Shown here: piece after piece, positions 27,420 to 35,237 of the stretch
How positions within the stretch are numbered: the first letter of the stretch is position 1
How the letters are laid out: each line of letters opens with the position of its first letter
Assembly (NCBI GenBank): GCA_031421755.1
Contig: JANOPI010000575.1
Location: forward strand, 891-64,890
DNA from: Flavobacteriales bacterium
GTDB taxonomy: Bacteria > Bacteroidota > Bacteroidia > Flavobacteriales_F > PHOS-HE28
DNA length: 64,000 bases
Direction: 5' to 3'
Made by a program: the position numbers and the translations under genes
Notes under the pieces: model-generated
What the model was told of the DNA's origin: nothing
Seen by the model: only the letters and a program-made list of their open reading frames with translations
The model's database searches: none

Positions 27420-28024
27420 GCCAGAACCTCAACACGCTAATGGACCTGGAGCGGTGGCTTACGCTCGGGGCGAAGAACCGCTTCTGGTACCAGGAGACGC
27501 ACGCCGATATCCAGCGCATCCTTCCGGATGAACGGATCGACTTGGTGATAGACCTGCTGGCGGCTACGAGCATCCGGGCATCGATCAGCAGCAACGTGAA
27601 GTACATGTTCAGTGCGTTGCTCCAGTACAAGCTGGGCCTACCGTTCACCGGGTATCTCGGTACCGTGATCCAGAAGCTGGACCTTGTACGCGCCGGCATC
27701 GAGCTGGACAGCTTGAAGATTCGCAGCTTCGCACGTGCGATGAAGGGTGACGAGCGGGCCGTGGTGGTGGACGTGTGGATGTGCAGAGCCTTCGGCATCA
27801 CAGTGGACACGCGCGGCCCATCCGATGCGGAATACATCCACACCACGAACATGGTGCAGGAGCTGGCCCAGCAACGCGGTGTGATGCCCCGCGAGTATCA
27901 AGCGATGCTGTGGGACGGCATCCGTCAGGAGCAGAGCCAGTACCGGATCCAGGTGCGATATCGTGACCTGTTGCTGAAGTACAAACCGTGGTACGATAAC
28001 CAGCTCCAGTTTTCAACCCCTTGA
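27416..28024 (+). CDS. hypothetical protein
   Basis: 202-aa ORF with a GTGA overlap. Confidence 0.55.
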   Translation: MSQNLNTLMDLERWLTLGAKNRFWYQETHADIQRILPDERIDLVIDLLAATSIRASISSNVKYMFSALLQYKLGLPFTGYLGTVIQKLDLVRAGIELDSLKIRSFARAMKGDERAVVVDVWMCRAFGITVDTRGPSDAEYIHTTNMVQELAQQRGVMPREYQAMLWDGIRQEQSQYRIQVRYRDLLLKYKPWYDNQLQFSTP

Positions 28025-28145
28025 AATTTGCCCGCTGCTGCGTTTGACCCCCCTCCCAAGTGGTACACACCACCCAAACCCTCTGAACGCAGGAGGATCA
28101 AATCCAGGTGGCAAGGATGACCTTTTACGAACCTACTTAGACCCC

Positions 28146-28508
28146 ATGACAGACAACACCCCCACTGAAGGCCCAACGATGCGCGAAAAGTCCGACAAGA
28201 TGGCCAGCATCATGAAAATGTTCCTGCCCATCGTGGATATGACCCTGGATGAGTTCGACCTGGATCATGCAACCGAGATGGTGGAAGACATGTTCGCCAA
28301 TGCTTCACGCTATGACTCCATGGCGATAGTCACACCCTCGGGCTGGCAGAAAACCCAAAGTGACTTGCTGAAGTTGCAAGCCGAGAACGTCAAGGCCATC
28401 ATCGCGTTGTACAGATCCAGGATCGACATGCGAGCCAACGCACTGGAACGAGCATCACGCTCGGAGACACAGAACGAGTTCAATAAAATTTTCGGTATCA
28501 ATTCCTGA
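28146..28508 (+). CDS. hypothetical protein
   Basis: First ATG (MTDNTPTEGP..) of track ORF 28044..28508. The TTG start at 28044 is unlikely. Confidence 0.45.
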   Translation: MTDNTPTEGPTMREKSDKMASIMKMFLPIVDMTLDEFDLDHATEMVEDMFANASRYDSMAIVTPSGWQKTQSDLLKLQAENVKAIIALYRSRIDMRANALERASRSETQNEFNKIFGINS

Positions 28509-28512
28509 CCCC

Positions 28513-28863
28513 ATGAACCTAACCAACGATGAACTGAACCGGATGGAACTGCTGGAGGATCGCCTGCTGGTAGTCGAACAAGAACTGCCCATCACTCCGG
28601 GTGGCATCCAACTGATCAGCAACGATCACAAGTGGGACATGTACGCCACGGTGATCAAGACCGGTCCAGGATACAAGCACATCGGAATGCCTGTTGAGGT
28701 CGGACAGAAGATCGTGATCGGCAAACAAGCTGGTCAGCCGGTTGTGTTCGATCTTCCCACCGGTGATGACGGCGAACTGAAAGAGATCCCCATGCTGGTG
28801 ATCCGCTTGTCCGCTGTCCTGGGGATCGTTGTCCCGAACAGTGAAACAACTCCCACTCAATAA
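28513..28863 (+). CDS. GroES/Cpn10-like co-chaperonin
   Basis: 116 aa. LEDRLLVVEQELPITPGGIQL..ATVIKTGPGY..PVEVGQKIVIGKQAG follows the Cpn10 pattern (DRVLV..T.GGI.L..G.V.AVG.G..V..GD.V). Confidence 0.6.
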   Translation: MNLTNDELNRMELLEDRLLVVEQELPITPGGIQLISNDHKWDMYATVIKTGPGYKHIGMPVEVGQKIVIGKQAGQPVVFDLPTGDDGELKEIPMLVIRLSAVLGIVVPNSETTPTQ

Positions 28864-28881
28864 CCCTCAGCGGGGGTGGTT

Positions 28882-28905
28882 AACCCTCCCCCTAAAGGGG
28901 AGGTT
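28882..28905 (+). terminator. hairpin after the GroES-like gene
   Basis: aaccctcccc-ctaaa-ggggaggtt (9 bp with one bulge), nested in an outer G/C-rich imperfect stem. No T-tract follows. Confidence 0.35.
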
Positions 28906-28954
28906 ACCCCCCTGCGTGTGTAGCAGGCGCGTATACACGGCGACCGGTATATTG

Positions 28955-29025
28955 TTAGGCATCGCCGCACGCGCACATACGCGACGGTCGGATAGGATGC
29001 TTGCCGATGCTTAGGCAGCGCCGCA
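28955..29025 (+). repeat. direct repeats TTAGGCA(T/G)CGCCGCA, two copies 56 bp apart
   Basis: Copies at 28955-28969 and 29011-29025. The same 240-bp spacer also holds GATGCTT x2 and several CGCATACGCG-like or ACGCGT/GTATAC palindromes. Confidence 0.5.
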
Positions 29026-29084
29026 TACGCGTACGCACGAGAGGACAAGTTTTGAACGATCCGACCAAAAGACGCCTTAGCGCA

Positions 29085-29103
29085 TACTATTGCACGCCCA
29101 GAC
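29085..29103 (+). promoter_or_regulatory. class-B downstream box only (B6)
   Basis: TACTATTG-cacgcccagac abuts ATG 29104. No TTTG lies at 17-23 nt upstream. Confidence 0.25.
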
Positions 29104-29721
29104 ATGACAGCCATACCCACCTCCGCCTTCCCATTGGCGTGGCCACAGCGCCAGCTCCGTACAAAGTCACCGGCCCGCAGCCGCTTCAAGGATCCATCCA
29201 TTGCGGTGGCCACCAAGAAGCTGAAGGACGAACTGGACCGCATGCGCTGCACCCATGTGGTGATCAGCAGCAACCTGCGACTGAAGCCCAACGGTGACCC
29301 GTACAGCGACCAGCGGTTACTGGCTACGGACTGCGGTGTGGCCTTGTACTTCCTGCGTCAAGGCACTCCGATGGTGATCGCCGCCGATCAGTACGACCGC
29401 CCAGGATGCAACCTCCAGGCGCTCGCGTACACCGTCGAAGCGATGCGCGGGATCGAGCGGTGGGGCTGTACCGAAATGCTCAACCAGATGTTCACGGGCT
29501 TCAAGCTGCTTGGCCCCGCTACGTATCCTGCCACCACCAACGGGCGACCCTGGCACGAGGTGCTGGGATGTGAGCCCACTGATAACGCCTTCGCCGTGAA
29601 GGAATGCTACCGCAACCTTGTGACCAAGTACCACCCCGACAAACCTGGGACCGGTGATGCCGCCAAGTTCCACGAGGTTCAAGTGGCTTGGGAAACTTTC
29701 AAGGCATCCACCAACGGATGA
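29104..29721 (+). CDS. J-domain (DnaJ-like) co-chaperone protein
   Basis: The C-terminus WHEVLGCEPTDNAFAVKECYRNLVTKYHPDKPGTGDAAKFHEVQVAWETF carries the HPD motif. The N-terminal ~140 aa are of unknown function. Confidence 0.8.
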   Translation: MTAIPTSAFPLAWPQRQLRTKSPARSRFKDPSIAVATKKLKDELDRMRCTHVVISSNLRLKPNGDPYSDQRLLATDCGVALYFLRQGTPMVIAADQYDRPGCNLQALAYTVEAMRGIERWGCTEMLNQMFTGFKLLGPATYPATTNGRPWHEVLGCEPTDNAFAVKECYRNLVTKYHPDKPGTGDAAKFHEVQVAWETFKASTNG

Positions 29722-31088
29722 AGACGGTCAAGTTCCAGAAGAAAGTCCTGCGCTTCCTGTACCGCAAAGAGAACAAGCGGTATGTGGAACTGGTGGATGA
29801 TAAATGCTTCGACACTGCGGAGCTGAAGCTGGGCCATGAAGTGCTCCGCGCCTACGTCAAGGAGTTCGGTGCGGTGCCCGATGTGATCAGCGCGGTAGAA
29901 TATCTCACCCGCTTCGCCCTGGGCAAGCAGATGAAGCCCGACGTGGTGACCGAGATGGTGGGCTACGTCGAAGGACTTTTCGAGGCCCGCGAGGAGGACA
30001 GCGGGCTCGTGGTCAAGTCGATCCTGGACTACGCCGGCACCAAGCGCGCGTCCGAGCTGATGAAGAACAGCATCGGCAAAATGAAGGACGGTGGTATCGC
30101 TGCGGTGCAGGCCATGCACCTGGAGCTGGGCAAGATCGCGCAGCTCGATCAACGGACCCTGGAACTGGAGACGAACAAGGGCGGGTTCCTGCTGGCCGAT
30201 CACCTCAGATCGATCAACGATATCGTTCCGGGCCGTCCGTGCTTCCTGCCCAAAGTGAACCGCATGACGGCCGCCGGCGGGTTCCATACGCCACAGCTCG
30301 TGATCCTGCTGTCAGCCCCCAAGGGGTTCAAGACCGGTCTGGCGCTGAACATGGCCGTGGAGTACGTCCGTGATGGGCTCAATGTGTACTACGTGGACTG
30401 TGAGAACGGGTACAAGTCGATCAAGACACGGGCGCAGCAGGTCATGATGGAATGCGCACGGCACGAGCTGACCGAGAGCGAAACGCTGAAGACGCTCCGC
30501 CAAGTGGTCAAGCGCATGCGGCTCCAGGGCGGTGACATGGTGGTGGACCACTACCCCGCCTACAATTCTACCGTCGCTGATGTAGAACAGAACCTGCGCG
30601 AGCTATACGAGGAAAAGGCTTGGCGGCCTGACGTGATCGTGTGGGACTATCCGGACCTGATGAAGCCGATCGTGCCCCAGAAGGAGGACAACAAAGCGAT
30701 CAGCCGCGTCTACTTCGACATCATCAACCTGAACAACCGCCTGGGCTGCTTCAGCATCGGGGTGTCACAGGTCAACCGCGCGGCCGTGACCAAGGACGTG
30801 TTCACCATCACGGACTTCGCCGCCGACTTCGGCAAGGCGATGAACTGCCACAGCTCCTGGGCGCTGTGCCGTACGGACAAGGAAGTGGAGGCCGGCGTTG
30901 GTCGCATCGTTCCCGTGGCACAGCGCGAAGGCGTGCGCTACAAAGGGCGCAACGTGTGTTTCGTGAGGATCGACGAGGAGAAGATGTTCATGCGTGAGAT
31001 CGACCCGCGCGAAGCCGCGCGACTGGTGGAGGGCCTGGGGGCCACTGTCAAGAGCACCAAACGGGCCAAAGCCCTAACCGATGACTGA
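29718..31088 (+). CDS. DnaB/gp41-like replicative DNA helicase
   Basis: Start at ATG 29718 (ATGA overlap). RecA-like C-domain: Walker A LSAPKGFKTGLALN, Walker B DVIVWDYPDLM, and SIGVSQVNRAA. Confidence 0.7.
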   Translation: MKTVKFQKKVLRFLYRKENKRYVELVDDKCFDTAELKLGHEVLRAYVKEFGAVPDVISAVEYLTRFALGKQMKPDVVTEMVGYVEGLFEAREEDSGLVVKSILDYAGTKRASELMKNSIGKMKDGGIAAVQAMHLELGKIAQLDQRTLELETNKGGFLLADHLRSINDIVPGRPCFLPKVNRMTAAGGFHTPQLVILLSAPKGFKTGLALNMAVEYVRDGLNVYYVDCENGYKSIKTRAQQVMMECARHELTESETLKTLRQVVKRMRLQGGDMVVDHYPAYNSTVADVEQNLRELYEEKAWRPDVIVWDYPDLMKPIVPQKEDNKAISRVYFDIINLNNRLGCFSIGVSQVNRAAVTKDVFTITDFAADFGKAMNCHSSWALCRTDKEVEAGVGRIVPVAQREGVRYKGRNVCFVRIDEEKMFMREIDPREAARLVEGLGATVKSTKRAKALTDD

Positions 31089-31411
31089 TGAGAGCACGAG
31101 CTGACAAGACCGTGAAGTGGGGCGTTGAGGCCATGGCCAAGCACCTGGAGGAGACGCACAGCCTTTCCACGGCCAAGGCCCAGGAGATCGCCGCGCGCTT
31201 CCCGAAGAAGATCATGGAGGTGCTGCTTGCCGGCAAGACCGTTGTGATCCGTGGCGTGGTGACCATCCGCGCCGTGAAGGTGCCGGCCAAGGAGAGCCAC
31301 GTGTTCGGTGTGTGGCAGAATGTGCCCGAACACATCGGCATCCGGACCACCACGAGCAAGGCGATCGCCAAGTCACGTGAGCGCAAACGCCGCAAGCAAC
31401 TGCTGGGATGA
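31088..31411 (+). CDS. HU/IHF-like DNA-binding protein
   Basis: 107 aa. LSTAKAQEIAARFPKKIMEVLLAGKTVVIRGVVTIRAVKVPAKE fits the HU-fold pattern. Basic C-terminal tail. Confidence 0.5.
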   Translation: MRARADKTVKWGVEAMAKHLEETHSLSTAKAQEIAARFPKKIMEVLLAGKTVVIRGVVTIRAVKVPAKESHVFGVWQNVPEHIGIRTTTSKAIAKSRERKRRKQLLG

Positions 31412-32370
31412 TACCGGCCACCAACGCATACAAGTACATCGGGGATCGATACCCGCTGAAGCGTACCACCAACGGGTGGTGGACTTCGGACTGTCCCTTT
31501 TGCGGCAAGCGTGGCAAGCTGGCGTTCCATTTCGCCTGGAGCTATTCCAAGTGCTGGAGCTGCAACTGGCGGGACTCGATCGCGGACTTCGTGATGGAAA
31601 GCGAGGCCCTGACCTACACCCAGGCCCATCACACCATCATGGAGGCGGACGGTGCCGGCATCGATCCGGACATGTTCGTGATGGCGCGCTCGATGGACGT
31701 GGCCGAGGTGGACCTACCAGCCGGTTACACGCCACTGATCGAGGGGCGCGGCAAGACCGTGGGCAAGCGTGCCATCGCTTACTTGGAGGGGCGCGGCTTC
31801 GACATTGAAAAGCTGGACGCGCAAGGGTTCGGCTACGTGGGCACTCACGCCGGCGATGGCCAGGATGATTACTTCGGCTACATCATCATGCCTATCCAAC
31901 AGGACGGCCGCTTGCGGTACTTCATCGGTCGGGACTTCGTGGATGGTTTCCCCAAGTACAAGAACCCCCAGCGCGAGGTGTGCGGTACAGGCAAGGATCA
32001 GGTGATCTTCAACGCCGATGCCTTCAATATCCACCGCAACGTCTACGTGATGGAAGGGATCTTTGACGCGCTTACATTGGGCAGGAAGGCCGCTGCCACC
32101 TTGGGCTGGTCCTGGAGCGCCGAACAGTTGGGCTGGATGATCGGCAGCGCGTGCGAGTCCATCACCATCGTAGCGGACAAAGGCTTCTACCCGATGGCCG
32201 TGAAGAACGCGGTGAAGCTGATCGATCACAAGGAGGTGCGTGTGGTCAACTTCGATCACCAGGAGTACGGCAAGGATGTGAACGATATCGGCCGCGTCCG
32301 TACGATGCGACTGGTGAAGGCCACGGAACCGCTGACCATGGAACATGCCTTTGAAGTGCTGGGCCAATGA
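31408..32370 (+). CDS. DNA primase (zinc finger + TOPRIM)
   Basis: A CPFCGKRGK..(x17)..CWSCNW zinc ribbon and a TOPRIM-like YVMEGIFDALTL. It sits next to the helicase. Confidence 0.7.
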   Translation: MIPATNAYKYIGDRYPLKRTTNGWWTSDCPFCGKRGKLAFHFAWSYSKCWSCNWRDSIADFVMESEALTYTQAHHTIMEADGAGIDPDMFVMARSMDVAEVDLPAGYTPLIEGRGKTVGKRAIAYLEGRGFDIEKLDAQGFGYVGTHAGDGQDDYFGYIIMPIQQDGRLRYFIGRDFVDGFPKYKNPQREVCGTGKDQVIFNADAFNIHRNVYVMEGIFDALTLGRKAAATLGWSWSAEQLGWMIGSACESITIVADKGFYPMAVKNAVKLIDHKEVRVVNFDHQEYGKDVNDIGRVRTMRLVKATEPLTMEHAFEVLGQ

Positions 32371-33245
32371 CGCGCGATCCTGCCATCCACATCCTGAAAA
32401 GTGACTTGTTCCGGATCTTCATGGAGATCCAGGACTGGCCCGAGGGCGCGCAGGACATGACCGATACGGTCTTCCGCCATGCCAAGAAGTACCAGATACG
32501 TACGCGGTCCATCGTTGCCGGCAATGCCACCCAGCGCAAACGCGTGGAGCGCCGCAGCACGGCTGTGTGCCCATTGACACCCGAGCGCCTGGGCCGCATC
32601 CTCTACGCTGAACGTGTACGGCACCAGCACCAAGTGATCACCGCTATCAACAAGGGGGATAGCGCATGGACCACGCTGATGGAAGTGGCGCGCGATGCGT
32701 ACGAGTTCGGTGAGCTGTTCGGGATCATGCCCAGGGATGAAGCGTACCGTCAGTATGTGGACCTGGGGCTCCAGCTCATGGGACGGAAGTACGCGATAGG
32801 CAAGTTCAAGTACCACAAGGAAAGGATCTTCGAGCGCAAGGGTTCGCACGTGCTGATCGCCGATGATCCCGACACCGAAGGCACGGACAGGTTCCAGCGT
32901 ATCTGGCGCAAGGCCATGGAGCGCCACAGCCGGATGGCCATGAAGCTGGACCCGCTGGACCGCGTGCATTTCATCTATGCCCGCATCGAAGCCGAACAGG
33001 AAGGGGCCAAGTTCAGCGTGTGGATCGAGGCCCAGTTCGAGCGGCTTGCTTTCCTCAGCGCGGTGCCGAACCTCAACCAGTTCTATGGTGATGGTGCGTT
33101 GAAACGTTACCGTGAGCATGCCCTGAAAGGCTCGCACAAGAAGGCCGGTGAAGTGTCGCACGAGCTGCCCACGGAGTCCACCGGTGACGAGGCGACGGAT
33201 GCCTACTATGCCATGCTACTCAAACTGAAAAACGCCGGCGAATGA
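32367..33245 (+). CDS. hypothetical protein
   Basis: 292-aa ORF with ATGA overlaps at both ends. Confidence 0.55.
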   Translation: MTRDPAIHILKSDLFRIFMEIQDWPEGAQDMTDTVFRHAKKYQIRTRSIVAGNATQRKRVERRSTAVCPLTPERLGRILYAERVRHQHQVITAINKGDSAWTTLMEVARDAYEFGELFGIMPRDEAYRQYVDLGLQLMGRKYAIGKFKYHKERIFERKGSHVLIADDPDTEGTDRFQRIWRKAMERHSRMAMKLDPLDRVHFIYARIEAEQEGAKFSVWIEAQFERLAFLSAVPNLNQFYGDGALKRYREHALKGSHKKAGEVSHELPTESTGDEATDAYYAMLLKLKNAGE

Positions 33246-34723
33246 AGATCCTGATCGGGAACGTGAAGAGCACCCTTGTGATCGGTGGCAAGGACCACCT
33301 GATCCAAGGCGTGGATCTGGAAAAGGAGCTGCGCGAGTACCTGCGGGTACGTCCGGACGGGTACCACCACAGCCGCGCGTTCAAGATGCGCAAGTGGGAC
33401 GGGTGGAAGAACTTCATCACCACGAAGGGCGACTTCGCTACGGGGTTCGTTCCGCTGGTGACCCAGTTCGCGGAAAGTCTGGGCGCGGTGGTGGAGCTGG
33501 TCGATCAGCGTCCCGAGGTGTTGACCGTGGCCAGTGAGATCGCTACCGACGTTCGGCATCACGAGATGATGGAACACCAGACGCGCACGGTGGGGAAGCT
33601 GGGGGGCAACTTCCGGGGCCTTGGCTGGCCGCGTGGGGTGTTCTACTGTTCCACCAACAGCGGCAAGACCACCATGGCGGCCGGCGTGCAGCTCAACCTT
33701 CGCAAGAAGCGCGGAGCGGTCAAGTCACTTTTCATCGTTCACACCAAGGAGATCTATGCCCAGGCTGTGGAGTTTTTCCAGGGTGCCGGCATACCTACCG
33801 GTGGTATCAATAGTGGCAGCTATGACACTGGGGGCGCGATAACGGTCGGGATGGTCAGGACCATGGAGAACCTGCTTGACGCGAAGGATATGACGTTCCT
33901 GCGCGATCTGGCGGGGTTCGATGTGGTGTTCATCGATGAAGGCCACCACGCCGGTGCTCCGGGGTACAGCAAGCTGCTACAGGCCATGACGAACGCCTCC
34001 GTGCGGATCGTGCTATCGGGCACCGCGCTGGAGAACGAGGACAAGGTGAAGAACATGACCATCGTTGGCCTGTCCGGGCTCGTGCTGGCCAGGATCAAGA
34101 ACGTGGAGATGTTCGACGCCGGCGTATCGCTCAAACCTTGCGTGAAGGTGGTACTGAACCCGCGTCGGCAGGGAAAGGTGATGACCTACGCCGAGGAACA
34201 GCACGCGTTGATCCACGAGTGCGAGGAGCGCATGCACGCTATCACGCAAAAGATGCTGGAGACACCGGGGCTCTACACCGTGGTCACGTTCGAGGAGATC
34301 GCGCACGGCAAGTTCATGTTCGAGTACCTGGAGCAAGCCTTTGCGTGGAAGACCGTCGAATGGACGCACGGCACGGACCCGCACCGCACGGACAAGCTGC
34401 GGCTCTTCAAGGAGAAGAAGATCGATATCTTGATCGTGTCCATGATCTTGCAGGAGGGGGTTAACCTACCGGGCATCCAGCGCATGGTGCTGGCCCAGGG
34501 TGGAAAGTCAGCCATCCGCCTGAAGCAACTATCGGGGCGCGGTATGCGCAAGGACAAGGACGATCCCGATGCCACCACGTTCGAGATCATCGAGGTGTGG
34601 GACCAGGGCCTCTACACGGAAAAGCACAGTAGGGCACGGATGAAGATCTACCTGGGCGAAGGCTTTGACGTGGAGTATTGCTTCGACCACAAGCGGGGCA
34701 AACCCGCCGAGGCGAAAAAATGA
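33242..34723 (+). CDS. SF2 DNA helicase (UvsW-like, DExH box)
   Basis: Motif I STNSGKTTMAA, motif II VVFIDEGHHAG, motif VI QLSGRGMRK. Confidence 0.75.
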   Translation: MKILIGNVKSTLVIGGKDHLIQGVDLEKELREYLRVRPDGYHHSRAFKMRKWDGWKNFITTKGDFATGFVPLVTQFAESLGAVVELVDQRPEVLTVASEIATDVRHHEMMEHQTRTVGKLGGNFRGLGWPRGVFYCSTNSGKTTMAAGVQLNLRKKRGAVKSLFIVHTKEIYAQAVEFFQGAGIPTGGINSGSYDTGGAITVGMVRTMENLLDAKDMTFLRDLAGFDVVFIDEGHHAGAPGYSKLLQAMTNASVRIVLSGTALENEDKVKNMTIVGLSGLVLARIKNVEMFDAGVSLKPCVKVVLNPRRQGKVMTYAEEQHALIHECEERMHAITQKMLETPGLYTVVTFEEIAHGKFMFEYLEQAFAWKTVEWTHGTDPHRTDKLRLFKEKKIDILIVSMILQEGVNLPGIQRMVLAQGGKSAIRLKQLSGRGMRKDKDDPDATTFEIIEVWDQGLYTEKHSRARMKIYLGEGFDVEYCFDHKRGKPAEAKK

Positions 34724-34733
34724 TCGGTGAAAT

Positions 34734-34776
34734 TTTGCACTTGGTGAAAAGTGTGCTACACTTGCACCGCCCAGAC
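34734..34776 (+). promoter_or_regulatory. class-B promoter (B2)
   Basis: TTTG(34734)-N19-TACACTTG(34757-34764)-caccgcccagac, with the ATG 11 nt downstream. Confidence 0.5.
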
Positions 34777-34787
34777 GATCGAAGAGC

Positions 34788-35237
34788 ATGAAGCGGATAC
34801 CGCACAAGGAGAAGTTGGCCGTGGAACTGAACAAGCCACTTGACCTGTCCACCGTGAAGGCGGATGATGGGACGTGCTTCGGGAAGATGTGGGATCCCAG
34901 CACCGAGGAGTGCCAAGGGTGCGCGGACAGTGACGTGTGCGGCATCCTCAAAGAGCGCACGGTGAAAAGCACAGCCACCCAGGTGGATGATGACGAAGGG
35001 CCGTTCCTGGACACCGCCGGCATGCACCGCCTGATCGATCAGGATATCACCTTGTGGATCAAGAAGGCCATCCGTGCCGGCGATGGGGAACTGAGTTCGG
35101 CCGAGCTGGTGGATGGCGTGATGCAACTGGGTGGCACCAGGGACCGCCAGTCCGCTATCGAACGGATCAAACGCTACAAGGCTACGGGCGTGATCACGAT
35201 CAAGCAGGGGCAAGTGAAATGGATCGGCAAGCGATGA
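34788..35237 (+). CDS. hypothetical protein with a Cys cluster
   Basis: 149 aa. CFGKMWDPSTEECQGCADSDVCG is a possible metal-binding knuckle. Confidence 0.55.
   Translation: MKRIPHKEKLAVELNKPLDLSTVKADDGTCFGKMWDPSTEECQGCADSDVCGILKERTVKSTATQVDDDEGPFLDTAGMHRLIDQDITLWIKKAIRAGDGELSSAELVDGVMQLGGTRDRQSAIERIKRYKATGVITIKQGQVKWIGKR

Noticed and set aside
28864-29103. A possible tRNA or other structured RNA gene in the long spacers (also 56772-57103).
   Set aside because: I could not fold a cloverleaf with acceptor, anticodon and T arms by eye. This cannot be excluded without tRNAscan-SE or Infernal.
29001-29297. A 98-aa ORF overlapping the spacer and the start of the J-domain gene.
   Set aside because: It is out of frame with the well-supported J-domain gene, Arg/His/Pro-rich, and begins inside the repeat-rich spacer.
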